A DNA stretch of 64,000 nucleotides from Nitrospirota bacterium (GCA_963701855.1 CAVPBK010000006.1:1472001-1536000), one strand, 5' to 3'; counted from the first letter of the stretch, positions 1 to 10,861 are shown. Program-made: numbers and translations. The notes: a model not told the origin generated them from the letters alone.

Positions 1-290
1 CGAGGGACGAATTGGACCGGTACTGCGAGGCGCTGATTTTGATTCATGCAGAGATACAAGACATCGTCGAGGGCCGCCAGCCGCGCACAAACAATCTGCT
101 GAAGAATGCTCCCCACACGGCACAGGCTGTGACGGCCACCGAATGGAATCGACCCTACAGCCGCGAACAGGCTGCCTTTCCTGCTCCCTGGGTACGCGAC
201 CATAAATTCTGGCCCAGTGTGAGCCGCATCGACGAAGCCTATGGAGATCGCCATCTCGTCTGCACGTGCCCCCCGACCGACACCTACTAA
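1..290 (+). CDS. gcvP: Glycine dehydrogenase (glycine cleavage P protein), C-terminal part
   Basis: LKNAPHT...WNRPYSREQAAFP...KFWPSVSRID..YGDRHLVCTCPP is the typical GcvP C-terminus; runs off the window start. Confidence 0.93.
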   Translation, partial: RDELDRYCEALILIHAEIQDIVEGRQPRTNNLLKNAPHTAQAVTATEWNRPYSREQAAFPAPWVRDHKFWPSVSRIDEAYGDRHLVCTCPPTDTY

Positions 291-293
291 GTC

Positions 294-459
294 GGCTGCT
301 GAAAAAGGTCTCTGACTTCGTTCTCAGTCGCGTGCCTCCCTGCGACGTACCGCACATGGGAAAAGCGATGTTCCGACAACTCGGGGTGGGAGGGTGAGAA
401 TGATACACCTCAGTCATCCCGCTCCCTACGGCCTTGTCATAGAACTTTTTTGAGCAGCT
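294..459. repeat. MITE-like element with GCTGCTGAAAAA / TTTTTGAGCAGC terminal inverted repeats
   Basis: Imperfect terminal IRs; related ends at ~491-705, 10862-11044 and half copies near 7395, 14990, 17931. Confidence 0.6.
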
Positions 460-703
460 CTGAAAAGAGGATCTCCAAACACAATCCAGTTTGCTCAGAC
501 GAGGGCCTTCAGATTCTCCAACTTCCCCGGAGCGAGTAGGCAGACTGTTCTTCACTGCGCGCATCGAGAGACCACCGCTTTATCGTGGGGGCTTTGTGAG
601 CAAAAAGAACGGTCTGCCTACTCCCTCGCATCTTCTGAGGCCGCGCGTTGCGCGAGCACGGGGATCGTCCCAGCTACCCCATCCCCACTTTTTCAGCACC
701 CTG

Positions 704-3088
704 CTAAAGCGCCCCCTCGGTGATTTGATCCAGCTTATAGAAATCAATTGGGTCCAGTCGGCGCTGAGTCGCTTGAGTCGGTTCACTGCCTTTGGTAAAG
801 AGTTCAACGGTGCTAGCCTGTCCCCCTTGCTCATCCTCAAGTAACCCCGTCGCCGGATCGACCTTGACGAACGTGACACCTTCCGGAATGATAAAGGCCA
901 TGACCGGTAGCGGCTTGAGCGCGCTCTGCATGAACTTGACCCAAATAGGCAGCGCGGCATGTGCTCCCGATTCCGCCTCGCCGAGTGAACGTCGATCGTC
1001 AAATCCGACGTAGATGCCCGTGACCAAGTTCGGCGCACCGCCGATAAACCACGCGTTGATAAACTCGTCTGTGGTTCCAGTTTTCCCAGCAATCGGACGC
1101 CCGATCCCTTTGGCTGCCTGGCCGGTCCCCTTTTGAATCACATCTTCCATCATGTTGGTGACCAAATACGCCGTTTCTTTGGAAATCACAGGAATGGCTT
1201 GCGGTTCCGCTTGTTCAAGCACATTTCCCGCGTTGTCCTTCACGAACAGGATCGCGTATGGTTCCGCACGGCTTCCCTGGTTGAGCAACACGCTATAGGC
1301 AGAGGTCAATTCCATCAACCCGACGGAGGATGAGCCCAACCCCAGCGATAGGTCAGCCGCCAGCGGGCTGGTGATCCCGACCGTTTTCGCAAATTCAATG
1401 ACATTTTTTACGCCAACTTTGTCCAGCAACCGGACCGTCGCCAGATTATGCGAGTGAGCCAGGGCATCCCGCAAACTCACCATGCCATGGATTTTTCTTC
1501 CATAGTTCTCCGGCTTCCAGGTTTTCTCATCCTCTTCCTGTTCGTAGACAACCGGCGCATCGAGAATCATCGACGCGGGACCCATCCCCTGATTCATGGC
1601 CGTCGCGTAGATGATCGGCTTGAAGGCGGATCCGGGCTGGCGGTGGGCCTGCACGGCTCGATTGTACTCGCTGCGACCAAAATCGTAGCCTCCGACCATG
1701 GCCCGAATGGCTCCCTTGCCCGGCTCTAGCGCAATCAACCCTCCCTCAACAAGGGGAGTCTGCTCCAATTGCACATGGACGATGCTACGATCCAGATTCT
1801 TCACCATCACCTCGATGACATCACCGGGTTTCAGCACTTGCTTGAGGTTCAGATTGATCACAACATCTTTCGCTGTATCTGATCCAGTCAGACGACGTTT
1901 TGCCCATGCCATATCGTCAAATGCAAGTTTGGCCACCGTCGTGCCAATCTGAACAAGATAATAGTCCTTCGCCACTTTGGTGACGAAGCCTTCGCGATGG
2001 TCTCCCACCTTCACCGCCTGATCGGTCGCCGCTGCAACCATGGGCGGGGTCGGCTCAGTCACGTCGACTGTTCGGAGCGGGCCGCGCCATCCTTGGCGCT
2101 TATCTAATTCGCGCAGGCCGGCGGCAAAGGCGGCTTCAGCAGCTTTCTGCATCTCCATATTCAATGTCGTAAAAATCTTGAGCCCGCCCTTGTACACCAT
2201 CGCTTCGCCATACTTCGCGACCAGCATCTGCCGAATATACTCCACGAAGTAGGGCGCAGCCTGTTCAGCGCCGGGACGCCGGAAATTGAGTATCTCCGCT
2301 GCGGCCTGTTCGCGTTCCGCCGTGGTGAGGAACTTCGCCTCTTCCATGCGTGACAGCACATGCTCCTGTCGCTTTTTTGCACGGTCGTAGGCTTTGAAGG
2401 GCGAATAGTGGTTCGGCGATTTCGGGAGACCCGCCAGAAATGCCGATTCTCCTATCGTAAGGGCGGAGAGGTCTTTCCCAAAATACGTTTGCGCCGCCGA
2501 GGCGACGCCATAGGCGCCTTGTCCGAAGTAAATCTGATTCAAATATAGTTCGAGAATTTGCTCTTTCGTCAGGACCAATTCCATCTTGTAGGCCAGAATC
2601 AGCTCGCGGACTTTGCGGTCGAAGGTGCGTTCGGACGAGAGGAATAGCGACCTCGCCAACTGCTGAGTGATGGTACTGGCCCCTTCGACCTTGCTTCCTC
2701 GGCGCACATTCGTCCAGGCCGCACGGAGCATGCCGATGTAGTCGAGGCCGGGATGCTCGAAGAACCGGACATCCTCGACCGCGATGACCGCCCGCCGCAA
2801 CCGTTCGGGAATATCCGCCACCGGGGTCAGGATGCGCCGCTCGATGAAAAATTGACCGATGAGCTGCTGATCACTCGAATAGACCTGCGTCACCAGGCTG
2901 GGCTGATAAGTCCCCAACTGCTCCAATGCGGGAAGGTCTTTCGAAAAATGCCAAAGCAACCCGCCCGCTGTCAGCCCCCCGATCACGACTGACACCCCCA
3001 GGCCTAGGAGTGAGATCTGCCACCAGCGCCATGAGCGGCGAGATGGTGGACGAAGCGGATCCTGTAGCTGTATCGGTCGATCTATCAT
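704..3088 (-). CDS. mrcA: Penicillin-binding protein 1A (transglycosylase/transpeptidase)
   Basis: N-terminal TM; EDVRFFEHPG, GASTITQQL, SAFK, SHN and KTGT motifs. Confidence 0.93.
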   Translation of the reverse strand: MIDRPIQLQDPLRPPSRRSWRWWQISLLGLGVSVVIGGLTAGGLLWHFSKDLPALEQLGTYQPSLVTQVYSSDQQLIGQFFIERRILTPVADIPERLRRAVIAVEDVRFFEHPGLDYIGMLRAAWTNVRRGSKVEGASTITQQLARSLFLSSERTFDRKVRELILAYKMELVLTKEQILELYLNQIYFGQGAYGVASAAQTYFGKDLSALTIGESAFLAGLPKSPNHYSPFKAYDRAKKRQEHVLSRMEEAKFLTTAEREQAAAEILNFRRPGAEQAAPYFVEYIRQMLVAKYGEAMVYKGGLKIFTTLNMEMQKAAEAAFAAGLRELDKRQGWRGPLRTVDVTEPTPPMVAAATDQAVKVGDHREGFVTKVAKDYYLVQIGTTVAKLAFDDMAWAKRRLTGSDTAKDVVINLNLKQVLKPGDVIEVMVKNLDRSIVHVQLEQTPLVEGGLIALEPGKGAIRAMVGGYDFGRSEYNRAVQAHRQPGSAFKPIIYATAMNQGMGPASMILDAPVVYEQEEDEKTWKPENYGRKIHGMVSLRDALAHSHNLATVRLLDKVGVKNVIEFAKTVGITSPLAADLSLGLGSSSVGLMELTSAYSVLLNQGSRAEPYAILFVKDNAGNVLEQAEPQAIPVISKETAYLVTNMMEDVIQKGTGQAAKGIGRPIAGKTGTTDEFINAWFIGGAPNLVTGIYVGFDDRRSLGEAESGAHAALPIWVKFMQSALKPLPVMAFIIPEGVTFVKVDPATGLLEDEQGGQASTVELFTKGSEPTQATQRRLDPIDFYKLDQITEGAL

Positions 3089-3218
3089 AGTTACGCAGGG
3101 TTACCCTCGAAGGCGGCTTGGTTTCTTGAGAAAGGTACCAAGGTCACCATACCGTGGAGACCCTCAAAACTCAAGATTCAAACCGGTGCCGTCGTGCCGG
3201 CCCTCGCACTTTCCGCCG

Positions 3219-4500
3219 GGTGATGTAATCTTCTCTGTGTAAAAGACGAAGGGTGTAAGCTGGTCGTTGCTGAGACAAACCATTCTCCACTCAAGGAGGC
3301 TTACACCCATGCAAACGCTAACACCGTGGACCGAGCAGTGGCAACACTTCACCTCCGAGATCCGAGAGCAGTTCTGGGGCGACCTCGCTCAGCACACCCG
3401 ACAGAGTTGGCAAGACTTGTTAGGCCGGCTCTCCATTGAGGCGCGGGATCGTTACCTGGGGGTGCGGGAGTATGAACGGAGTCCGGAGCGAACCGATGCC
3501 CGCAACGGCTTTTATGATCGGGACTTCGTGACGCGGTTGGGGACGCTGCGAGTGCGGGTGGCCCGGACGCGGCAACGCGCGTTCTTACCGGCAGGACTCA
3601 TGCGGTTGGAGCGCCGGGCGGCGGAGGTGCTCCTGCTCATTCGGGAAGCCTTCTTACGGGGACTCAGTACGCGGACCGTGGGGCGCGTCGTAGCGTTGGT
3701 GACGGAGGAGCCGGTCAGTGCCCAGACCGTCTCGCGCCTCACGCGGGACTTAGACCAGGCGGTGGCGCAGTTTCACCAGGCGCGGCTGTCCGATGACTGG
3801 CGGTACCTGTTTCTCGATGGGGTAAGCTTGCGAGTCCGGCGTCCCAGCGGCCGCAAGCGGGTTCAGCTCTTAGTGGCCTATGGCGTCCGGGTCGATGGCA
3901 CGCGGCACCTGCTCGGGTTCACGCGGAGCACGGGGGAGAGCCAGGCGGCATGGGAAGGACTCTTGCTGGATCTCTATCGGCGTGGCCTGGAAGGCCGCCA
4001 GCTCCAGCTCGTCGTCACCGATGGCTGTGCCGGGTTGGCGGCGGCGCTGCAGACGGTCTATCCCCGCGCGGCCCATCAGCGCTGTTGGGTCCACAAGCTG
4101 CGCAATCTGCTGGGGGCGGTGCGGCGGCGGGATCACGCCGCCATGAAGACCGATGCTCAGGCGATCTATCAGGCGGCCGATCGGGCCGAGGCGGTGGCCC
4201 AGGCGCAGGCCTTTGCTCGTCGGTGGCGGGACGCGTACCCGCAGCTCGTGACCCGGCTGCTCCGGGATCTGCCCGAATTGCTCGCGTTCTTCCAGTGTCC
4301 GCGGGCCCTCTGGCGCAAGCTCCGGACGACGAATGTGATTGAGCGGTGCTTTGTTGAGGTCCGACGGCGGACCCGACCGATGGTGTGTTTCGTGAACGTG
4401 CAGAGCGTGGAGCGGATTATCTTCTCCATCGTTAACCGATTTAACCTGGAATGGCGCCGGCGCACCCTTCGCCAATTTACACAAGTCGCGTGACATCACC
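3219..4500 (+). mobile_element. IS256-family insertion sequence, complete
   Basis: Imperfect terminal IRs GGTGATGTAATC..TGTGTAAA / TTTACACA..GACATCACC; 9-bp direct repeat TTTCCGCCG at 3210-3218 and 4501-4509. Confidence 0.93.
3309..4493 (+). CDS. IS256-family (Mutator-type) DDE transposase
   Basis: RNGFY, YLFLDG, VVTDG, HQRCWVH, RTTNVIER motifs; AAGGAGG RBS. Confidence 0.93.
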   Translation: MQTLTPWTEQWQHFTSEIREQFWGDLAQHTRQSWQDLLGRLSIEARDRYLGVREYERSPERTDARNGFYDRDFVTRLGTLRVRVARTRQRAFLPAGLMRLERRAAEVLLLIREAFLRGLSTRTVGRVVALVTEEPVSAQTVSRLTRDLDQAVAQFHQARLSDDWRYLFLDGVSLRVRRPSGRKRVQLLVAYGVRVDGTRHLLGFTRSTGESQAAWEGLLLDLYRRGLEGRQLQLVVTDGCAGLAAALQTVYPRAAHQRCWVHKLRNLLGAVRRRDHAAMKTDAQAIYQAADRAEAVAQAQAFARRWRDAYPQLVTRLLRDLPELLAFFQCPRALWRKLRTTNVIERCFVEVRRRTRPMVCFVNVQSVERIIFSIVNRFNLEWRRRTLRQFTQVA

Positions 4501-4602
4501 TTTCCGCCGGCATCGCTTGTGCCGGACATCATGCTTCGGGTATACTCCCGTACGACGCCTGGATTCCTGGGCGTCTTTTTTTTGGAGCATGCAGCAATAT
4601 CT

Positions 4603-6489
4603 ATGGACCAGACAGCCGCATCGGAATCTCCCGTTACGACACAACTTGATCCCAAAGAGCGCCGGAGCGATATCCGGAATATCGCGATCATCGCCCACGT
4701 CGATCATGGCAAGACAACACTAGTCGACGCCGTGCTCCGACAGACCCATGTCCATCGCAAGATCGACGATATGGGTGAACGAATCATGGACTCGATGGAC
4801 CAGGAACGTGAGCGTGGGATCACCATTCGAGCCAAGAACGCCAGCGTGACCTACAAGGGTGTGAAGATCAATATCGTCGATACGCCGGGCCACGCCGATT
4901 TCGGCGGTGAAGTCGAACGGACCCTGCGCATGGTGGACGGCGTCCTCATCTTGATCGACGCAAAAGAGGGCCCCATGCCGCAAACGACTTTCGTGTTGCG
5001 GAAGGCGTTAGCGCTCGGCCACAAGGCCATTGTCGTCATCAACAAGATCGACCGGCCGGACGCGGTGATCGATGACGTGGTGAACCGGACTTTCGACTTG
5101 TTTGTCCATCTCGGCGCCACAGACGAGCAGCTCGATTTTCCGATCGTCTACACGGCGGCGATCAAGGGCACGGCAACGCTCGATGTGAATAAGCCCGGCA
5201 CGGACATTACACCGCTCCTCGACACCGTGCTGGAGAAGATTCCGGCACCGGCCATCGATGCCGATGCGCCGCTCCAGATCCTGGTTCTCTCCCTGATTCA
5301 GGATCTCTACAAAGGCAAAATGGGCGTGGGGAAGATTCAGTCCGGCTCAATCGCCCGCAGACAGAATGTGACCGTACTCGGAAAGGATGGCGCACAGTTC
5401 CATGGGAAAGTGTCGGACCTCGCGGTCTACTCCGGTCTTGAACGAACGGATATGGAACGAGCCGAGGCAGGGGAAATTGTCGCGGTCGCCGGTCTGGATG
5501 AGGTGAGCATCGGCGATACGATTGCTGATGCGGAACATCCGGTCGCGTTGACCCGAGTTACGGTCGACGAGCCGACCGTCCAGATGACCTTCTCCGTGAA
5601 CAATAGTCCGTTCGCCGGGCGGGAAGGCAAGTACCTGACCTCGCGGCATTTGCGCGATCGACTCTTCAAAGAACTTGAAACCAATGTGTCGTTGCGCGCG
5701 CAAGAAACAGATAGTGCGGATAAGTTCCTCGTGGCCGGTCGCGGCGAGCTTCATCTCGGCGTCTTGATCGAACAGATGCGGCGGGAAGGATATGAACTGC
5801 AAGTCTCGCAACCGGAAGTGATTGTCCACCGAGAGGGGGACAAAGTCCTCGAACCCTATGAGGAACTGACCATCCAGGTGCCTGAAACCTATCAAGGAAC
5901 CGTGATTGAAGAGCTGGGCAAACGCCGCGGCGAGTTGCGCCACATGCGACTCATCCATTCCGACGCCGGACCGAGCGAAATGCACTTGGAGTACCACATC
6001 CCCACCCGCGGCATCATGGGGCTCAAAAACCTCTTGGTCGCCAAGACTCGCGGCACCATCATCATGCACCATGTCTTCGTCGCGTACGAACCGGTGGAAG
6101 AGCGCGATCTCGCGGTGGCAACACACGGGTCCCTTGTCGCACACGAAGACGGAACCAGCACCGGCTATGCCATCTTCATGACCCAAGAACGAGGTGTCAT
6201 GTTTATTGGCCCTGTCGTGGAGGTCTACCGCGGGATGGTCGTCGGTGAGAACAGCCGGGACGAAGACATGGACGTCAACGTCTGTAAAGAGAAGCACCTG
6301 TCCAACATGCGGGCGTCAGGCACCGATGAAGCGTTGGTCCTCACACCGCCACGGGAAATGGGCCTGGAGTTCGCACTCGAATATATCGGCCCGGATGAGC
6401 TGGTTGAGGTCACGCCGAAGAGCCTGCGTATTCGCAAACGGCTCCTCAATCCAGATGACCGCCGCAAGGCCCGCAAATCCAGCAAATAG
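4603..6489 (+). CDS. typA: Translational GTPase TypA/BipA
   Basis: IAHVDHGKTT, ERGITI, DTPGHADFGGEVER, NKID, GRGELHL motifs. Confidence 0.97.
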   Translation: MDQTAASESPVTTQLDPKERRSDIRNIAIIAHVDHGKTTLVDAVLRQTHVHRKIDDMGERIMDSMDQERERGITIRAKNASVTYKGVKINIVDTPGHADFGGEVERTLRMVDGVLILIDAKEGPMPQTTFVLRKALALGHKAIVVINKIDRPDAVIDDVVNRTFDLFVHLGATDEQLDFPIVYTAAIKGTATLDVNKPGTDITPLLDTVLEKIPAPAIDADAPLQILVLSLIQDLYKGKMGVGKIQSGSIARRQNVTVLGKDGAQFHGKVSDLAVYSGLERTDMERAEAGEIVAVAGLDEVSIGDTIADAEHPVALTRVTVDEPTVQMTFSVNNSPFAGREGKYLTSRHLRDRLFKELETNVSLRAQETDSADKFLVAGRGELHLGVLIEQMRREGYELQVSQPEVIVHREGDKVLEPYEELTIQVPETYQGTVIEELGKRRGELRHMRLIHSDAGPSEMHLEYHIPTRGIMGLKNLLVAKTRGTIIMHHVFVAYEPVEERDLAVATHGSLVAHEDGTSTGYAIFMTQERGVMFIGPVVEVYRGMVVGENSRDEDMDVNVCKEKHLSNMRASGTDEALVLTPPREMGLEFALEYIGPDELVEVTPKSLRIRKRLLNPDDRRKARKSSK

Positions 6490-6503
6490 TCTCTCGTGCA
6501 ACA

Positions 6504-7259
6504 ATGAGAATCAGAAAGAAAACCCCCAAACCTTCCGCCCGCCGTCCCCCGCTCTACTTTATCGGTTATCGGGGGACTGCGCCGGCCACAGACGAACTGA
6601 AGACCTGGTACGAACGGGAATATGGCGGGCCGTTGACCATTCACCACGAAGCGGGTTCAACAGAATCCTGGCAAGCGATTCACGGCCCCTGGTCTGCCCA
6701 TGTTGTGATGCCGTTGCCGATGAGCCATGTCGCAGATATCATGAAGAAGTTGGCTTGGGAGCACGACGTGATGGGTGCGGTCGCGCCTTCCCTCGTATCC
6801 CCGCGAGATATGCCGGACACGATACTCTTTGCCGCGCGACTCGCGCGAGGGCTCACGCTCCTCACGCAAGGCACAGCTCATGACATCATCACCAACCAGT
6901 ATGTAAACCCGTCGGATTGGCAGGATCGTCCCCTCACCCACTTTGTCGCCGTCGATCACATCCCGATCACGCAGGGCGAGGATGAGCAGAGCCATCGGAG
7001 CTGGTGCTACACCCTCGGCCTCAGCAAGTTTGGGCTGGATGAAATAGAAATATTTCTTCCTCCCGGCCTTCCAGACCAGCCCGTGCGCGATCTCCTCAGA
7101 GAAACGGCAGATGAATTGACGAGGACCGGACAGTTGCCAAAAGTCGGAAGCCACCTCCGCGTGGGCCTCTTGGGTCAGAATGTTGAGATTGCCAATCACC
7201 GCACTGCTGCACCAGCCGGGCGCATGCTGAGTTTTCGGGAAATTCGCCTGCTGCCATAG
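6504..7259 (+). CDS. Hypothetical protein, DUF4261-like C-terminus
   Basis: 251-aa ORF just downstream of typA; YTLGLSKFGLDEIE motif. Confidence 0.6.
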   Translation: MRIRKKTPKPSARRPPLYFIGYRGTAPATDELKTWYEREYGGPLTIHHEAGSTESWQAIHGPWSAHVVMPLPMSHVADIMKKLAWEHDVMGAVAPSLVSPRDMPDTILFAARLARGLTLLTQGTAHDIITNQYVNPSDWQDRPLTHFVAVDHIPITQGEDEQSHRSWCYTLGLSKFGLDEIEIFLPPGLPDQPVRDLLRETADELTRTGQLPKVGSHLRVGLLGQNVEIANHRTAAPAGRMLSFREIRLLP

Positions 7260-7288
7260 TTCACCTACTTTGTCGGCGACTTATGGGC

Positions 7289-7385
7289 GTCTGGTCTGTT
7301 CAGTCTGTCTAGTTTGTCTGATTGAACAAGGCCGACTCGATGATCTAAATAAACCGGATAGACCAAATGAACAAGACAGACCAGC
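7289..7385. repeat. Hairpin element of ~9-bp periodic inverted repeats (CTGGTCT.. / ..AGACCAG)
   Basis: Left arm GTCTGGTCTGTTCAGTCTG, right arm GACCAAATGAACAAGACAGACCAG; same family at 23.0, 33.9, 36.2, 43.4 and 54.9 kb. Confidence 0.7.
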
Positions 7386-7505
7386 GGACTGTGTCAGCAT
7401 CCTGTTAGGCCTTCAGGACCGTTGACAACATTCTGAGCCGCACGGTACAAAATTGCAGATGACAGTGTCAGAGGCCGGACTAAACCCAGTGAAGGAGGTA
7501 TAGAG

Positions 7506-7976
7506 ATGAGCGACGTAGCAGCAGAAATCAAGGTTGGCGATACCGCACCGGATTTTAATTTAAAGGATCAGGACCAGAAAGATGTGAAGCTGAGCGACTA
7601 TCGCGGCAAGAAGAATGTCGTGCTCTGCTTCTATCCGCTGGACTGGAGTCCCGTCTGTCAAGGCGAGAACAAGTGTTTGACCGACGACTTTCCCAAGTTC
7701 CAGTCGGCCAACGCGGAACTCTTTGGAATTAGCTGTGACAGCTTCTTCTCGCACAAGGCATGGGCTGATTCTATGGACCTCAAGCATCGGCTGTTATCGG
7801 ACGTGCATCGGACCACGGCAAAAGGCTACGGCCTCTACTTCGAGCCGTTGAACTGCTCGAAGCGTGCGACCGTCATCGTCGACAAGAACGGCAAGGTCGC
7901 CTACGCGAAAGTCCAGGAAATCAAGGTGGCGCGGGAGGACAAGGACATCCTCGCGGCACTGGCGAAACTAAGCTAA
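7506..7976 (+). CDS. Peroxiredoxin (AhpC/TSA family)
   Basis: [16 protein letters not shown] peroxidatic Cys motif; strong RBS. Confidence 0.9.
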   Translation: MSDVAAEIKVGDTAPDFNLKDQDQKDVKLSDYRGKKNVVLCFYPLDWSPVCQGENKCLTDDFPKFQSANAELFGISCDSFFSHKAWADSMDLKHRLLSDVHRTTAKGYGLYFEPLNCSKRATVIVDKNGKVAYAKVQEIKVAREDKDILAALAKLS

Positions 7977-8045
7977 GAGTGTTGAGGACTGAGCGCTGAG
8001 ATTGAGGAGGATACTCTTTGGTCTCAGCACTCAGCACATCGAATC

Positions 8046-8378
8046 ATGCCAGGAATCGTCGAAGACGTCAGAGACGAAAACTATAAGGAGTTCACCGATG
8101 CACCTGCGTCGATCGTCGCCTACGGCCTAGCTACCTGTGAGCCCTGCAAGACGTACGACCCGATTCTGGAAGAGATCGCCGCCAAGTTTCCCGATGTGAA
8201 AGTCGGCAAAGCTAAGATGCACGTCCCAGGGCGCTGCCGCGAGATTAAGAAAAGCCACACCTTCGAGACCTACCCCACGACGCATTTCTTTGCGAATGGC
8301 AAGCTGCTCCTCACCCGCGAAGGCGTCGTTGAGCCGGCTGAACTTGCCGCGCTGATTTCGGATCACTTGCTAAAGTAG
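8046..8378 (+). CDS. Thioredoxin-family protein
   Basis: CEPC motif, YPT cis-Pro motif, 110 aa. Confidence 0.85.
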   Translation: MPGIVEDVRDENYKEFTDAPASIVAYGLATCEPCKTYDPILEEIAAKFPDVKVGKAKMHVPGRCREIKKSHTFETYPTTHFFANGKLLLTREGVVEPAELAALISDHLLK

Positions 8379-8686
8379 TTTCTCTCCTACTGACTTCGGC
8401 AGAAAGAGAAGGTGTGTTTTCCGCATCTTCGCTCTTAGGTTGCGCTGAAAGTGCCGAGCTAGAACGTTGTTCGACCCACCGTTACGCAGGTTATAGTACC
8501 TAAGTATAATACTTATAAAACAAGGATACTTCCGCAATCAACTATGGGTTGAAAGAGCGCCGTCGCGCTCTTTTTTGTACGGCCAAACTTTTGTCATCTA
8601 CTGACGCAAATCGTTGTCCCTAGCGGCTTTGCCGCACATGGGCCACCCATAACTCTGCGAAATGAATTGGGTCTCCCGCCTGCTGA

Positions 8687-8703
8687 TCGGCATAGGCCTT
8701 GCG
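8687..8703 (+). promoter_or_regulatory. Putative sigma-54 (-24/-12) promoter
   Basis: TCGGCATAGGCCTTGCG gives GG-N10-GC, upstream of the 8840 ORF. Confidence 0.55.
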
Positions 8704-8839
8704 ATCACATACGGTGACCAGGAGAGAAGGCGGATTCACATGGAAGACGCGAGATCTGGTCACGTTTCAGGGGCCAAAACAAAAAAGTCGGTCCTGTGAT
8801 GAGCAGAGCTTTACGTCACAATTAAATAAGAGGTGGGTC

Positions 8840-9598
8840 ATGAGAGGATACGCAATGGCTGCGTCCGTGGGTCTATTGATGATGGGACTACTGGCTATGC
8901 CGAATCTGTCTCCGGCGACAGACGGATCATCGAACCGAGATGGGAATGCGCGGCACAGTTTGTTGAAAGCGGATCTACGGTCAAAAATCGAACATATTCG
9001 TGACAAGATCGAGGACCGCCGTGAGCATGACCATAATAATAACCAGGGAGGGAGCTCTGGTTCCCTTACGGCTTTGCAGGCCGAGGTCACCAATCTGAAG
9101 AGCGCCTTGGCCACCGCAAATGCTCAACTCGTGGGGCTCACGGGCCGTCTCAGCGCCCTTGAGCAGAAGGGAGCGAGCGGAGGCACTGTCGACCCTGTGC
9201 TTGTTGATCTGGCCAAATACGTAAAAGTTGTGACGAGTGATATGAACGGAGTGAAAGGACCGCACGTGGTATTCCATCACGCGAACGTCCACGTCCAGAG
9301 TGGGTCGGGCACTACCGCTGAGGCAAGCGCATTAACAGGCCTGGGGAACTTGATCGTGGGATACAACGAAACGCCTACCTTACAGGGTTGGTCACGCGCT
9401 GGATCCCACAACTTCATAGTGGGACCATCTCACTCATTTTCCTCGGCGGGAGGAGCTGTCTTAGGGACAAATAACTTGATTTCAGGCCAGTACGCAACGG
9501 TCCTCGGAGGGAACCAGAACCGCGCTCAAGGTCCAACGTCAAGTATTCTCGGGGGCTACGGGCTTGTGGTTAACGGCACGGAAGAAACATACCCATAA
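8840..9598 (+). CDS. Secreted protein with coiled coil and Gly/Asn-rich beta-repeat C-terminus
   Basis: Signal peptide, heptad region LQAEVTNLKSAL, repeats GTNNLISG / GGNQNRAQG. Confidence 0.65.
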   Translation: MRGYAMAASVGLLMMGLLAMPNLSPATDGSSNRDGNARHSLLKADLRSKIEHIRDKIEDRREHDHNNNQGGSSGSLTALQAEVTNLKSALATANAQLVGLTGRLSALEQKGASGGTVDPVLVDLAKYVKVVTSDMNGVKGPHVVFHHANVHVQSGSGTTAEASALTGLGNLIVGYNETPTLQGWSRAGSHNFIVGPSHSFSSAGGAVLGTNNLISGQYATVLGGNQNRAQGPTSSILGGYGLVVNGTEETYP

Positions 9599-9743
9599 TA
9601 CCCATAACGGTTGCATGGCCTGCTCGGCCCTACTGTGCCGAGCAGGCTTCTTGTTCATCAATCGATAATCAAACCGCTCTCACTCCTTCGGTTTATTTCA
9701 ATGCGTACAATGGTCCATGGTTGGTTCTATTTATTCCACTTAG

Positions 9744-10016
9744 GCGTCCATTGTCGCCTACGGCCTAGTCACCTGCGAGCCCTCAAAAACTTACGACCCG
9801 ATCCTGGAAGAGACCGCCGCCAAGTTTCTCGATGTGAAAGTCGGCAAGGCTAAGGTTCACGTCCCAGCGCGCTGCCGCGAGATGAAGAAAAGCCACACCT
9901 TCGAGACCGACCCCACGACGCATTTCTTTGCGAATGGCAAGCTGCTCCTCACCCGCGAGGGCGTCGTTGAGCCGGCTGAACTTGCCGCGCCGATTTCGAA
10001 TCATATGCTGAAATAG
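9744..10016 (+). pseudogene. 5'-truncated duplicate of the thioredoxin gene
   Basis: Closely matches ~8106-8378; in-frame TAG directly upstream; CEPC changed to CEPS. Confidence 0.85.
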
Positions 10017-10292
10017 AAAAAATGATTGGGAGGACACCCACGTCGGTCCTGTGCTCCCGGAACGCGCGCCCTGAGAAGGGCCTCGTTCGACGGCCGCACG
10101 TAGACCAACATGGGTATCCTCCCAAAAGAGGGAAAGCGAGCGAGCTTGGAGGGAGCATGTGTATCGTTCAAGGTGCCGACTGCAAGGCGCAACAAGATAT
10201 TCGCTAGCAATGGAAGAAATGAATCTTCACGCTGGGCGAGGGGGCGAGGGACGACAGCAAACGGCTTAGCGGAACGGCGCAGAGACAGGATG

Positions 10293-10769
10293 CTATTTCA
10301 TCGGTCGCGTCTTGGAGCAATGCTCATGCTGAATCAGCCAGGTTGAGCCTTCCTTGCGCAGGAGTGTAGTGCATTGCCCGGAGTCCTGCCCTTCGAGTTC
10401 GCCTTTCCTGATCGCTTGAAACACATAGTCGTAGGTCGCCCAAGCCGTTGAGCCAGGCACCCGAACGCGCAAGTTCGATACGACGCTGATAAAGCGCAGG
10501 GTGCTTCCCTTGTTGAGTTCGGATTCATAGTCAGACAGCCACTTCTCAATGGAATCACGGGTTTCCGTCTCGCCATCCTGAATACCGACATAGTCCTTGG
10601 TGTACAGCTTCAACGCGGCTTGTTTGTCTTTCGTTTCGGAGAAGGTCGCGGCTGCCATGGCAGCTTCCTTGATGGTCTTCTCGATCGCCTCATTTTCCTC
10701 GGCAGACCAGGCGACCGAGGTCCACGAAAGGCCCGCCATCAGCAGTAAATAGACCAGCCGTATGCTCAT
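10293..10769 (-). CDS. Secreted SnoaL/NTF2-like (DUF4440-type) protein
   Basis: Signal peptide; ends TTLLRKEGSTWLIQHEH. Confidence 0.8.
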   Translation of the reverse strand: MSIRLVYLLLMAGLSWTSVAWSAEENEAIEKTIKEAAMAAATFSETKDKQAALKLYTKDYVGIQDGETETRDSIEKWLSDYESELNKGSTLRFISVVSNLRVRVPGSTAWATYDYVFQAIRKGELEGQDSGQCTTLLRKEGSTWLIQHEHCSKTRPMK

Positions 10770-10861
10770 AGCACACCCGGCAGGCTGCGAAAAAAAATAT
10801 TGTGGCACCGCAGATTTTCGATTACCTTCACATCTTGGGATCGAGGAGAAGGCCTCCCCCA

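Noticed and set aside
3870..6297. Long antisense ORFs over the transposase and typA
   Set aside because: Shadow ORFs of GC-rich genes with no motifs
8106..10016. Thioredoxin repeat pair as DGR template/variable repeats
   Set aside because: Mismatches are not adenine-specific and there is no reverse transcriptase in the window
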